Positions 37,186-49,778 of a stretch of DNA of 51,726 nucleotides are shown here, in pieces. The notes below the pieces were generated by a model. The model was not told where the DNA came from. It saw only the letters and a program-made list of their open reading frames with translations, and ran no database searches. The stretch comes from Phoronis australis (lineage: Eukaryota > Animalia > Phoronida): assembly GCA_002633005.1 (NCBI GenBank), contig NMRA01000849.1:69571-121296 (forward strand). The letters are read 5' to 3'. Positions within the stretch are counted from its first letter, which is position 1, and the number at the start of each line of letters is the position of its first letter. Made by a program: the position numbers and the translations under genes.

Positions 37186-39825
37186 AGCAGTTGCGTAAAA
37201 GGTTGTCAGGCTGATACCACTTTGCGTGTCGATGCATATTCGTCTTAGCACAGGGTCAAATAAATTAACCTAGTTTTACTGTCTCCGTTACATGAGTTCA
37301 CGTCGGTTGTGTAATACCACTAATTCGAAGGTTGAAGGCAAGCGGTAATAGTAAACATTGGATTATGGACAATGCAACAAGTTTTGGATGAAAAACGTGA
37401 AAGTTTTCTTTACATTTGATCTTTAATTTGACTCGTGACGTTAACAAGATGTATTAGATCGGTTGCTTCCCGGTCAATACAACGCTGTAGTCATTTTGTA
37501 AACGCAGCTATTTTAGCAGTCTTCGCCCGCAGTTGATTTCAATTTGTTTGTGTAACGCCAAACTGCATCTTTTTGCGTTTTTTAAGTTAGTTACCGGCCT
37601 CCTGTCACGTGCCCATGATGATGGATTAGTGAGTGAGTTCTTACACCGCGAAAAGCTCTCACTCCAGGGATTTTATTTTCATAGTATTGACCCAAGCAGT
37701 ACAGACGCGAAATTCACGGTCCAGTATGCCCTAAACCCACGGACTTCGATGGTTCTAACTTCGAAATCATATTATGGTTACGATTTACACGAACTAAGAC
37801 GGTGACATCACCACAGTTGAGGCTACAGCAAAGTAGCCTTGCGCATTCCGGTTTCAGTGTATCGGTGACAAAATCTGGACTAGCAGCTACATGTATACAC
37901 GTAGTCCCCTATCAGTTGGTCGTTCACGTTGTTCCAAAAATAAATATTTTCTGTCAACAACATATTGACTTATGCAAAAGAAAACAATTGTGAACGGCAA
38001 GATGTGAATACGTGGTGAAGAGGTATTTGTCTCTACGCGGCATATGTGCGTGAAACTTTGGTAAAGCGATTGCGATGGCAAAAAATGATAGAAAATAAAC
38101 AAAGGTGCACTTTTGAGAAGCAAAGTGTCTGGTGATCTTGATAGCGAACATGTATGATCTGGCCACATCAGGTAGTAAGTGACGCTGAATGAGAAATGGT
38201 AACTACATGTTTGGCGCGAAAATAAAAAATCATGCTTGTATTGCCAGCCACCCCCCTCCCCGAATTTTGCACATTCTAATGAGTCACCACTCGAGATTTG
38301 GTTCCGTTTCAGTCCAAAAATCGCATAATAATTCTGTGCTCAGCTGTAAGAAAAAACACAATTTTTTGAAACGGTGCTCAGTCTTAATAAAGTTTCCAGC
38401 ATGAGAGCGCTTTGATCAGAAATGCCAAGCACACGCAGAGTTGTAAGACACAGACTTTGGCGTTTCCGTATGTCCACAAAAGTGCTTTGAGCAGTTTGTA
38501 CAAATTTGTTCATTTCGCTTTTCTGCACTGACGACTATGATCAACAAGGTGTTTTAACTACACTTTTGAGTGCATTTTCAAAAATAAATGTTTGGTTGGT
38601 GAATTCAGCGAGTCGGTGCCCACGGGCAGGAAAACGTATCTGCGTAAATAAAGAGTTGCGTTTTCAAAACATTCAGAGCATGATCTCAATGACTACCTGA
38701 GACAGAAAATAAAACCGATTACCAATTTAAACAGAAACTTGTCCAATGAATATATAGCTCTTGGAAAACTGTTACCCCGAAGAAATGTGCAAAATACGAA
38801 CGTCGTTTACGAAAGATTTTCCCAGAAGTGATTCGTTGCAGTGGAGCCGCACGGGATAGTAAAAACACTGTGCTGTGCACTAGTTACCTGAATGGAAAGC
38901 TGAAGCGAAAAAATCCAGAACACACATATTCTATTCAGGAATTGAAATCTCTGTAGAATCAAAAACAATTGGCAACCAGGATTTATTGCGTTAGAAAACT
39001 TATCACGCCCGAAGAGAATTGTTTTTATGCCCGGAGACTACGTGATCACCCATTATGCAATGATGACAATCCAGTGTGTACCTATACATTGGCATCTATT
39101 GTAAAACGTGGATTAGACGAAAGAAATTCAACCCCATTTCGAAGATAATACATGTATGTGTGTTGTCGGCGAGAGGTTGAACATATAGCCCTTGTTTAGT
39201 ATAGTACGGACAGTATCACTTTGAAAGATCAATGCTTGGGGATGGTGACGTGGTGTTCTGGCGTGAAAGTTACTGATATGGTAAGTTTTTGAGCCTGACT
39301 TATTAAATTTTCAGTTCGGTCGTATTTTATTTTGATCCTGAAGTGAAGAATTTTTGGTCCTCACTTGATAAATTATAGGTGCTGATGTGATAAATTTTCA
39401 GTCTTGACGTGGTGAATTTGGTCTTTATTTGCTCTTTGGTCTTCTGTGTGAAAACAATCTCAATGTATCGGATTGTTTTAATTCCTGCTTAAGTAAAATG
39501 TCTGGTTTTGAGATATTTATTTTTGGTCGTGGAGAGTTTGCATGTTTTGCTTGGTTTTAATCATGCATAGAAAAGATATGTCGTTAAATGTTTCAAATTA
39601 GGCCTCCCATAAATGGGGGGAGAGCAGGTTGTGTATTATCGTACTATGTAACTTCTAATATAAATCTAGGTGTTCGTGATTTAGTAATACTATGAAAAAT
39701 GAGTAATTATGACTATGAAAAATGAGTAGTTGAGGCTTCTTTTGAAATACTGTATCCTTTGTACATGCCTGGTGTACATGGCTCAGTGTGATATTATCTA
39801 AGCTTTATTATCCTCTATGGCTTAA

Positions 39826-40054
39826 GTATCAGTCCACGGATCCACCGACCACTGTACAGCCAACAAGCGGCAAGGTGGGGGGTCAGCCATTCAGATCCAT
39901 GTTTAGTCTGATAAATCACATTAGGGATGAGAGAAATCGGGTGAAGTATGACCCCACAAAGTTTGGTGGTTTAGGAGATACAAGGGAAGTGTTCTTGGGG
40001 GCAAAATGAGGCAATTTCTTGTTGTGGAATGAGTCATTTTTGACCAAATTTTCT
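39826..40054 (+). mobile_element. Additional copy of the right terminus of the 27747-32710 element, cut off at an N
   Basis: TTAA|GTATCAGTCCACGGATCCACCGACC... is a near-identical reverse complement of 32486-32710. Confidence 0.85.
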
Positions 40055-40055
40055 N
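40055..40055. other. Single N, probable scaffold join (a second one at 48183)
   Basis: Sequence context switches abruptly at both Ns. Confidence 0.7.
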
Positions 40056-40133
40056 TGAGTATGATTTACGAGTGGCAGGGCCAAAAAGTAGTGTGGCGGG
40101 CCGCCAAAAAGTTTACACGCGGAGGAAACCCTG
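40056..40133. mobile_element. hAT-like terminus
   Basis: Ends GGAGGAAACCCTG (reverse complement CAGGGTTTCC). A second hAT-like end, TCTTGGGTGAAGCCCTA, closes at 40917. Confidence 0.4.
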
Positions 40134-42248
40134 GAAATTAATGTTGGCAACTTTTAATTCAGAAACAGTATCTAATGTTTCAATGTTGAAACTACTGACA
40201 GAGAAGACATGTCAATCATTTGCACATGTTCAGTTGCAAGTGTTTTCCAATGCTATCTCTTCTCTCAGTGGTGTTATTGTAAATAGCTATTAGTACTTGA
40301 TATAGTGGCACGACCTTGGTTAACTTCAAACTGGTGTTTCAGAGCTGTAGTTTCTGTTTTTTTATTTTTTTAACACCAAAAGCTAAATAAATGACATTAT
40401 TTTAATACTATATTGTGCCATAAGACTGTGTTGAAAATTTTTGAGTTTGCGCTTGTTTCATACTTTTCAATGTGCGTTTTAATGTTTCAGTATAGAACAG
40501 CAGTGACACCTGTTCCCAAAATATGAACCGCAAATCATTTGTGCATTTCGGTAGTTGTTTTGACTTCAGCTCTGATCATGACTCATTGTACAGAATATAA
40601 AAGGTAGTTAAGATGATATTATGAACTTAATAACAGCAATTTGACTTGAGATCTCTAAAAACATAGTACACTCATTGTTCAACCAATATCTGTAATATTT
40701 GTTTGGTAGACTATTTGGCTATTTTCGTAAATTTAGAAGTAAAACGTTTGGTCCATGCACTATTTTTAGTAAAAACCTCACTGTGTGTGGGGGATTACTG
40801 GTGAAATGTAATGGGTGGGGCCCGTGGGGGTAAAGCGCCGCTGGCATCATGGACGCCCTGGAATATTGGGAACCCCATTTTGGATACCCTATTTTTGAAA
40901 TCTTGGGTGAAGCCCTACTTGATACTTTTTCATTAAATCGGGCAAACAAATTTCTGTATGAATATGACAGCACCTTTTCTTTTTGTTACGGATTTAACGG
41001 GATTCCGCATCAGCTAGTAGTCATTTTGATTGTTTTCGGGTCTGTTTTTTTGCCATCTGCTTCTGTATCTGCCAAACTGCGCAGAAGATCATTATGAAAT
41101 TGGCAGACGTGTTCCTACTGACAAGAGCATGACAGACGAGGATTTTCAAATTGGTTCAACAGCAATGACATTTTTTCACATCTACAGCTGTATTTCCCAA
41201 ACCCCTTGCAAGATGTTTTTTGATATTTTGCAATGGGGCTTCTCGCGGTGTCGCTGCTGTACTAGTGGTGATTGAATTGCGCTTGCGTCGCTGTCTGCAT
41301 GTAAGCAACTGGTAAAAAGACTGAAATGTTATCAAAATACATCGTTGCGCTAAGCCTTATTATTGCTATTTTCCCTGGTGTAAGTCTTCGACAGGTGGTC
41401 ACAAATTCCCAAAAGACCTAAGGTTACTACTTTCGTGGAGAATTGTGGTCAAAAGTGTCAACTAACTGACAAAAAGTGTGTGGATGCCGAAGCCCCGTGT
41501 GTGCTCTTTGCATTTCCACACATCACAACAAATGAAGATTAACCCGACTGGCAACTGCCGCGAAGTCGACATCGCCGAGTACCCCAGTTAACAGGCATCA
41601 GTAGAATAAACATGGAATCATTAAAATGATCACAAAACCTTACCTTTGTATGAGGTCGTGCTTACTTCCTCTCATAGAAGCACCCTTTTCACGCAATCTC
41701 AGATTCAGTTGGCACGGCTGCAAGTCATTTCACCATGTATTTAAAGGGCTCATGAAATCTAGGCTGCTTATCGCCACTTGTACACACACGCGCCCTCTAG
41801 TTAATGTGAATTTTCCGAATAGCCCCATTGTATTCGTGTTAACTTGATAGCAGATGGACGCATTCGACTACTGCCGGATAGTTTCTAATGGCAGTTTGTT
41901 TTTATGTTTGCCTTTGTTTCTTTGGAATTCTTTGGCGATTTTTTTTTAATTTGGCAAATATCTTTGAGAGACAATGACACCTTCACATTTTTCGATGAGT
42001 TCAATGTATTCTATGCCATCTAATGGCCATTTTTAGGCTAGAAGTAAACACCCGTAGAAGCACGCCATTTGCGGTGCAGTCATGGGCGCGTTTCAAGGCT
42101 CTTGTTTAAAAAGAAGCACTTACATTGACAGGTACTTCTGTTCAAGTGTATTGCAACAACAGTTGTAGCATATGATTTGGGTAGTGAGTGAGATGGAAAT
42201 GTCCGTTTAATGAAACGAAATATTTTTTAATTACAGAAAGCTAGCGTG

Positions 42249-42460
42249 ATGGACAGCTCAGACAAGGTAAAGCAAAAGGTACAGAGATATATAAAGGACT
42301 TGACGGATGTTAAACATTGCCCAGTTATTAACCTAAAAGAGCTGAAGTGGAAGGATGACTTTGTTGGTGGCGGTGGCTATGGTTCTGTATACAGAGCAAA
42401 GTTTAGGGATAGACTGCAAGTCGTATTCAAGGTGATAGACCATCACCGCTTCAATAAGAC
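42249..42460 (+). CDS. RIPK-like (TKL) protein kinase, coding exon 1 (subdomains I-II)
   Basis: Acceptor ttacag at 42236. Reads MDSSDK...FVGGGGYGSVYRAK...VVFKVI; donor AC|gtacgt (phase 2). The frame is open back to the acceptor, so upstream coding exons are possible. Confidence 0.9.
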
Positions 42461-43554
42461 GTACGTTTTTGGGAAATTTATTTTCATTTTAATAGCATAA
42501 TACTATCGTCTTTTGTGTCTTGTACTTTTGTCTGAAATTATGTGAAGTGGAAACAATGGGTTGCTTGTTTTAGAATATCTGAATTGTTGGTGTCCCACTC
42601 AGTTTTCATACAATATTCTATGTGAACTAGTGTTCTCCGTACCTGATAATTCAAACTCAATACAGTGAGTCAAGGCTAAAATCCAAACTCGTTACTGCAA
42701 TGAGTCAAATGTGTTTATGGGAGAACAAAAATGGCAATAAACTCTTCTTTTGTCAGAAAAACCAGCTTTTTATTTAGACCACTGATTCTTTAAAATAGTT
42801 CAGAGCTCAGATTTCATTAGCAGCCTAGTAAAACTCACACAGATCTCAGCACGTATCTTGCAGCTGAAAGTAAGCAGATGGCAGTTGGAATTGTATGACA
42901 ATACACAGAAGGGCCCATTCATAACTCAGTTGGTTTGTCATGCACACTTCCTGTTCATCTACATCTCCCTTTGGTCTGAGAGGGAATTTGGGAGTTACTG
43001 GGCGTTTGAGGTGCTCCTAATTTTCCACGCGAATAAAAAATTGTGCGAACGACCTTGGGTGTTCCAATTTACTCAGTTTGCCAGTTCTTCAATTCAAATA
43101 CCTTGTTTATTATATTCAACAGTCATCATCTACGCATCGTTTGTACCCCCACGTTGACGTAGAAGGTTTCCTTATTTTGGCGACCTCATTTCCCATTTGC
43201 TGACCTGGGAATTTTACCTCGTTGCATTTGGCAATTTGGCATTATGCAGAGCTTCAAGCCCTGGTGTTTGTCATATTGGAGATGATTACAAGGCTTTGAA
43301 AAAACTAACAGTTCTAATTGGTTGAAATCAGACTCTACAAGTTGACTTGCCATGGCGTGCATATAATTTTTATATGCCAAGTATGATCTCAACTAGTAAG
43401 GAACAATTTCATTATAGCGCTGTGTGGTCTAAGACAAATGTTCACTTCTTGGATGGACCATGGGTTCATTGCTACAAATTCATCTCTCACGTCATAGTTT
43501 TTGCTCTATATGTCTCTTGCAGTTAACTTATATTTTTAATTTTCTAATTCTCAG

Positions 43555-43744
43555 TCAGAAGAAGCAAATTGCTGCTTGCAGAGAAGCGCGAAATATGTGT
43601 TTGGTCAAACATCAGAGTGTTGTTGAGTTCTACGGAATTGTTCTTGATGATGCCTCCTGCACATATGGTGTTGTCATGGAGCTAATGGACCATGGTTCAC
43701 TTAAAGACCTGATAAGCAAAGTGGAGCTACCAGGTGGTATAAAA
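43555..43744 (+). CDS. Kinase exon 2 (subdomains III-V)
   Basis: ctcag|T CAG...ATA AAA|gtaagt. Reads CREARNMCLVKHQSVVEFYGIV...VVMELMDHGSLKDLI. Confidence 0.9.
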
Positions 43745-45062
43745 GTAAGTAACTAATTTTGAGTGATCTCACTAATAAAATCAGAAATTATGTGGACTCA
43801 TCACTGGTAGATGTTAAGACAGACGTGCTCCCAGTGCAGGTATTGTCTCTGGTGATTATTTTGCCCACTACAATAGGTAAGATAAGGAAGTGGCAATTTG
43901 CAACCCAGGTATTGCATTTAGGGTTTTTAATCCTTGGTACTATACACTCGGGGGCAGTAACAGTCGGCAATACCTCGCTGTCCTAAGTTTTGTGGACAGA
44001 TTTCTAGAAATTTCTGGAAGATGTGTTTTCAGTGTTGCCAAATCATCATTTACCTTGTGTTGACAAGTAGACATTGTCAGCATCATCTATGAGCCTTCCT
44101 TTATGGCCCGTCATTTCACAACATCTGTGAAGTTGGTTTCCCAATCGTAAGGTGATCAGAAACAGGGGAGGTGATTAGTTTCCAGTTTTTGGAATAGCCT
44201 AATTACCACCACCTCCTTAGTTTCTGAAGGTGGCTGCTTTAAGGATCCAAAATTTTCACCACAATCAACTCAGCTGGTTCTGTTTAACTCATTCAGTACC
44301 AGCATCAAGTATGTTAGCTGCAAATTTATTGTCTTACACTTACTTTTTACAAAAAAACCCATAAATTTTTATCCGTTAAGGCGAGTTGTGGACTGAAGTG
44401 AACTGTAGCTCAGCTCACAGCTCAGGCAAAATACTCACTTACCTGTTACTTACACTTGTGGTAAACAGCATAAATGTGGTATATGCAGTTAGAATGAGCC
44501 AATGGGAGAGATTTGTTGTTGTCAGATGACATAGTGATTAATTTTCACTGGTTACCAAAGGTGATCAAGTAAGCATTTGCCTCACTTCACCTGCATTCTG
44601 TGAGGATTTATTCTGACCAGATAAATGAACTACAACATGTGCCTGGTGATGCAAAATCCTTGCACTTCATTTTGCTGCACATGTGAGATGAGTTAATTTT
44701 CATTTGAGGTGTGCGGTCTTCGTCTGCGCACACCCTCATGGTATTGACTTTTATAGCAAATTTCTGAACCTTTAGTGTTGTAGTTTAATCTTCATCGTGT
44801 CCATCGTTATTAGATATACAAATGATACCTTGTGTTCTTGTTAAGATACACGGAGCCACTGAAACTCTGATTGTTTATTGCTCGAGGGTATGCAGTTAAC
44901 CTGGGCATGTACAATGGCACTATTGACAAATGGTGGTTATCTACTGACGTACACAGCTGTCTTAAAAAAGTTTTCATTATGCATTTAGTATACCGGTATA
45001 ATGCTTTAGCTCATGGCTTTGTCACCACCATCTGAACTTGTTATTGTTGATATTTACGTCAG

Positions 45063-45176
45063 GTAGAAATGATGATGGACATCTCAAATGCCATGAATTA
45101 CCTTCACCAACACGGGCTCATACATGCTGACATGAAGCTAGCTAATATCATGATAGATGACAGACTTCGAGCAAAG
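45063..45176 (+). CDS. Kinase exon 3 (catalytic loop VI)
   Basis: gtcag|GTA...GCA AAG|gtatgg. Reads DISNAMNYLHQHGLIHADMKLANIMID...AK. Confidence 0.92.
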
Positions 45177-45247
45177 GTATGGTCATTGTCAAATTTGGCT
45201 TGCATTTCACGTGATGTAATGATCCACTGTTGTCATTTTTTTCTGCA

Positions 45248-46310
45248 GTTTTAGCTCCACTGTTCCTAATACTGAGTTCCTGTGGAACCATATTTCACTG
45301 TTTACAAGTCCATTTCAATTTCCTTGGGTCTGTGGAAACATTCCAGAAATCACCAGATCAACACAGAATAACACTGCGTACGCGTGTTATTGAAAGGTGA
45401 GGTGAACCTTGAAGGCACTTTCATGATTAGAAAACATCTGAATTAATCATGGTTTTTGGACGAACAGGGACACAAGGTAGTGCTTTGGCAGCCATTTTTA
45501 GATTTTTGGCTTTGCGGAACGGCATAGCTATTCACTTCTGCAGTTCCTGAAAGAATTTTCAGAAATTTAGTGTGTGGATCGAACTTGTCAAGCACTATCT
45601 GAATTGTGACACACATTTTTCGCTACTACTTACTGTTCTTGAGTGATTCGAGGTTGTCCTAGAACTCTTCTTCATTTGATTGACTTATTGTGCTGTTGAT
45701 CTCGGGACTTCCCTTGAAATTACTTTTTGAAGTTTGTTATGTATGGACAGACCTCAGCAATTCCTATCTGCATTTTGCAAGCTGTATCTCACTCTTACTT
45801 ACCGTTCTCGAGTTACTGGAGATTTACTGATCCGATGACTATTCCTTTATTGATCTATTCCTTGCTGCTCTTTTGTTGGTATATCATACATGAGCTACAC
45901 GTCACGTTTTTCATCCGATTGGCTTGAAATTTAAACACAACTTATATTTAGTGAAAAACGCGAGGCCTATTGTCTTAGGTTGAAATTGAACTTATGATGG
46001 GTCTGTGATGGCATTTTTGAATGATTATGTAATCTTCTGAAATTTGGTATGCAGATATTCCATTCAACTGTTATCATAAGTGTGTAACCCGTTTCATTGA
46101 GGACTTTTAATTCTCGAATTCTTTCAATTCGAAATTTCCTTGTTTGATGTCTGCTCTTTTATTGACGGATTTGGCAGCGTGTTGGGGTCATGATTGTTGG
46201 TGCCCTTGGTTTTGACATTGACTTCACCTCTAAGTTCTTGAGTCATACCTACCTATACGCTCCCGCGCTGTGGGGTGAGTTTCCTGATTTTGCTGATCGG
46301 GAACACTAGT
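45248..46310 (+). mobile_element. Helitron/Helentron-like insertion in a kinase intron (3' end clear, 5' end tentative)
   Basis: 3' hairpin TTCCTGAT...ATCGGGAA (46281-46303) followed by CTAGT (46306-46310). A possible start TTTTAGCTC lies at ~45249. Confidence 0.45.
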
Positions 46311-46659
46311 TAAAGCCATGTCGTTATCAGTTTGACAGTGATAGCAAGGGGAGAAGTTGACAAACCAATATTTCATGGTCCACCTTTCTCATTGTCTGCA
46401 CTTATTTGTTAAGTTCGAGTAATCCAGCAATTGCGTAGAAACTGACATGCTTGAAGTCCAACGTAAGTGTAGCTCCATGAGGGTAAAGTCGGTCCTTTGT
46501 GCAGTGAGCACCTACTCCGACTTTTCAAAAATTTCGATTTTAACCGCCGTTGCTCGGCTTACCGCCCACCTCCTGTTTTTTTGATTCCCATTTTAAGCGC
46601 CCTGAGCGGTAACCCAGATGAGTACGGTAGTATGTGCGGAGCTAACATTTTACATGGCT

Positions 46660-46920
46660 ACCATTGGATCTTGAACTCGCTCATTACAAACTGCAAACGG
46701 TAGAAGAATTGGTATTCCCCAAATTGAAAGAATTTGTAATATTTGCAATACTGGAGATACTGAGAAAGAAGGGAATTTCATGTTACGTTCTGACAGATTT
46801 AAGAAATACATATGTTTGCACCATGTTGCCATCTCAGAAACAATGGCATGTCTCTTTTAAATTCAAGGACAGTGTTTACTTTATTTATGATCAGAAGAGA
46901 AATACTGTGTATGCAAGTTT
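46660..46920 (+). mobile_element. Old RTE-X-like LINE 3' fragment
   Basis: Reads NGRRIGIPQIERICNICNTGDTEKEGNFML...TDLRNTY, the same C-terminal knuckle region as at 10.3 kb. Confidence 0.6.
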
Positions 46921-47116
46921 GTATATACCATTCTGTCTGAACGGTGGCCTTGTGGCCTCTTGCCCAAAATGTTGAGAGTTTCCTGCACTTTCAACAAACC
47001 AGTTACTCTAATTGTTTGATATTAAAAATGATCCCAAATGTTGTCTTTATTGTTGAAAGTGTCAACATTTTCAGCTTCTCAAAGAGCTTTAATTATCTGT
47101 ATTTTATTTTCTTTAG

Positions 47117-47277
47117 CTCGGTGACTTTGGTCTGGCTATGTTTCAAGGTTGCACCTCTGAGATGTCCAGTAGAGGGCACAGGCGTGGAACGCTGTCTCAC
47201 ATGGCTCCAGAACTTTTCCAACCAGAGCTGGCTGGATTGAATATATCAAAGAACTCCTTTGAGTGTGATGTTTGGAG
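47117..47277 (+). CDS. Kinase exon 4 (DFG, activation segment, APE, start of IX)
   Basis: ctttag|CTC GGT GAC TTT GGT...TGG AG|gtaaga. Reads LGDFGLA...RGTLSHMAPELF...CDVWS. Not in the ORF track. Confidence 0.92.
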
Positions 47278-47489
47278 GTAAGAACTGGTGTGTAGTACTG
47301 GAAAAAGTAGTCGGAGAAACTGAATACGCCTCATCCAGACAGGTCGTTCCACTTACTGTAATGGAGAATTTTGCCTGGCCTAAGTGGTTAGGAAGGAGTA
47401 TTTTAGTTGCACTCAGCTGTCATGACAGGAAGTTCTTTGTTATTTTATCTGCTCATTTTTGACATGTCTTCAGCTACAGAGAATGGATT

Positions 47490-47590
47490 CCCTGTGACAT
47501 GGTGTCATTCTGTGACAAAATTTGTTAGCCTGGAATTCTGTGACATTTTGAGAATTCTGTGACATTTTGAGAATTTTGTGACAAAATGTG
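47490..47590. repeat. ~20-bp tandem repeat GAATTCTGTGACATTTTGA
   Basis: Read directly. Confidence 0.8.
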
Positions 47591-47869
47591 AACCAAGTGT
47601 TTTGTTAGGTTTACAATTACTTTGTGCTGTATTAAGTGGTGGTTCCTTTTTTCACGAAATCTTAAGTTGTTTAATTCATCATTATCACTGACAAATATTT
47701 TGTCTTGCATATGTGACAAAGTCAAAGTGGCCACACAATTTTCGTACAGATGGTCAAGTATGCCCGATCATCATGGTTCTGGGGAATCTTAGCATCTGGA
47801 CACCCTTTAAGATGACAAGTGCACAATGCCTTAGGCTGGGGTAATAATTATTTCTGTTGTTTTTTTCAG

Positions 47870-47919
47870 CTTTGGGATAACTTTATATGACTTGCTGCTG
47901 AATAAGACACCATTTTCAG
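47870..47919 (+). CDS. Kinase exon 5 (subdomain IX)
   Basis: ttttcag|C TTT GGG...TCA G|gtaaat. Reads SFGITLYDLLLNKTPFS. Confidence 0.88.
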
Positions 47920-48013
47920 GTAAATTTTATGCAGTTATGAGTTCTTAACAGTCACATGCATTGACCTTAATTTGTTGCACTAATACACTCTCTTGATGAA
48001 ACTTGACACGGAG

Positions 48014-48667
48014 GTATGTGGGGAGAATGTGCCAGTATGGTAAGAATGTGCCAGTGTGGTGAGAATGTACCAGTGTGGTGAGAATGTACCAGTGTGGTGA
48101 GAATGTACCAGTGTGGTGAAAATGTGCCAGTATGGTGAGAATGTGCCAGTGTGTTGAGAATGTGATTGTGTGGTGAGAATGTNCTAGTGCTCGGAGTCGA
48201 AAACACGCGACCAGACCATATCATTCTAATTATCAAATAATATTACAAAATTCTAATTACCTGCTTAAGTTAAGACGGTGCAATTTGACCAGGTGATTAC
48301 CCACAGATAAACTGGGCCCCTAGGACAAAAGGTTGCCACGGCAACCACCCTCATTCATGTACGATTAGAATACCTTTACAATGTCGCAACTGATTTAATA
48401 TGAAGCAAATGTCTTTCACGGCAAGATAAACTAGGATTAAAACAGATAGGTACTTGGATGTGGAGATATTTGCCTCTATCGGCACGAAGTTTATCAACGG
48501 GACCATATTAGTAAACCATCTATTATTAATTTGAATGTGCCTGTGTGGTGAGAGTGTGCCTGTGTGGTGAGAGTGTGCCTGTGTGGTCAGAATGTGCCTG
48601 TGTGGTGAGGATGTACCAGTGTGGTGAGAATGTGAGAATGTGCCAGTGTGGTGAGAATGTGCCAGTG
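48014..48667. repeat. 20-bp minisatellite CAGTGTGGTGAGAATGTG/AC in two blocks (48014-48182, 48533-48667)
   Basis: Read directly. The blocks are separated by an N and ~350 bp of unrelated sequence. Confidence 0.9.
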
Positions 48668-49488
48668 CCGTTTGATTTTCATCGGCTGCTCGCCAGTCTA
48701 GCTTTAAACAAGAAATTACTTGTCTCACCATTTTTGTCAAAACAACTTGAAGGATTTTGCCTTAACTTGAAACCTAATTATGTGGTGAGAATGGACTGAC
48801 ACCATGTGGTTTTTTGGATGGAGTCACACACCCTAGGACCCCCTGTTGGCCATTTTACTTTTCAATCAAGTATTGCTTGTCCATCAATAATTGTCAAAAT
48901 TATTTGACAGTTTTCCACAAAATTTGACTTACTGGAAATGATATACAATACACACCAAAGGTATTCAGAAAAAATGACTGGGAAATCCTGGAATTTCCTG
49001 TCAAGACCGCTGGATGAAAGTTGAATTCATGGTCAAAGTAGCCGTCATAGCGGAGAAATGACGTTTTTTGTATATTTTTGTTTTGGTAAGGATACTCCGG
49101 TACCAATAGAATGTGACGTAGTCTTGATAGCGGTATCACACCCCCTGTTGGCTGTTTTAGTTTTTTACCACATCCAATGATTCCAGCCTGAAAGTGGCTT
49201 GCTAGAATTTCTTGGAACATGACACAAAGTTACGATTGATATACGGGGGCACAAGATAATTTTCAGACAGATTGGATTGCTGCTGCTCCCTAGTTGGTCA
49301 TTTAATTTTGATTGAGATGTTGCTGATCGTTTCCATCCTGGTATTAACACTTGTGGATAATAATTTAATTTCTGGTAGAGAGTCTGTGTTTAACGGCATT
49401 ATATGAAAGGAGGATGACATTTTTCATGACACTTGCTGTGAATCGCGTCTTTTTGCTTTCAAGCTTCCTACCATTATACTTGTTGTAG

Positions 49489-49650
49489 GTCGTGCATCAG
49501 AAGAGGAGATAATAGTCCGCATGATTCTGGGAAATAACAGAATACGAGACATCTGCAAAGAGGATCTGGATAACTGTGTACCAAAAATTTTAGGAGTGCT
49601 GGCTGTGTTGTGCGTAGAGTATAAACCAGACAAACGATTGAAATTTAGAG
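49489..49650 (+). CDS. Kinase exon 6 (subdomains X-XI); gene continues beyond
   Basis: ttgtag|GT CGT...AGA G|gtattt. Reads GRASEEEIIVRMILGNNR...CVPKILGVLAVLCVEYKPDKRLKF. Confidence 0.85.
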
Positions 49651-49778
49651 GTATTTGTAGTTTATGGATCTTCTCTTACAAACAAGTGAAAATGCGCAGG
49701 AATTTATATAATAAGGAAAAGTCAATATTTTCTTCTTCTAGCCAATTTTTAGAGCATAACATTTCTTGAGCTGCCATG

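Noticed and set aside
47967-48799. ORFs with repeated HSHHTGTFSPH / CQCGENV resembling C2H2 zinc-finger linkers
   Set aside because: These are translations of a 20-bp minisatellite (period not a multiple of 3) inside a kinase intron, with no C-x2-C...H-x3-H spacing.
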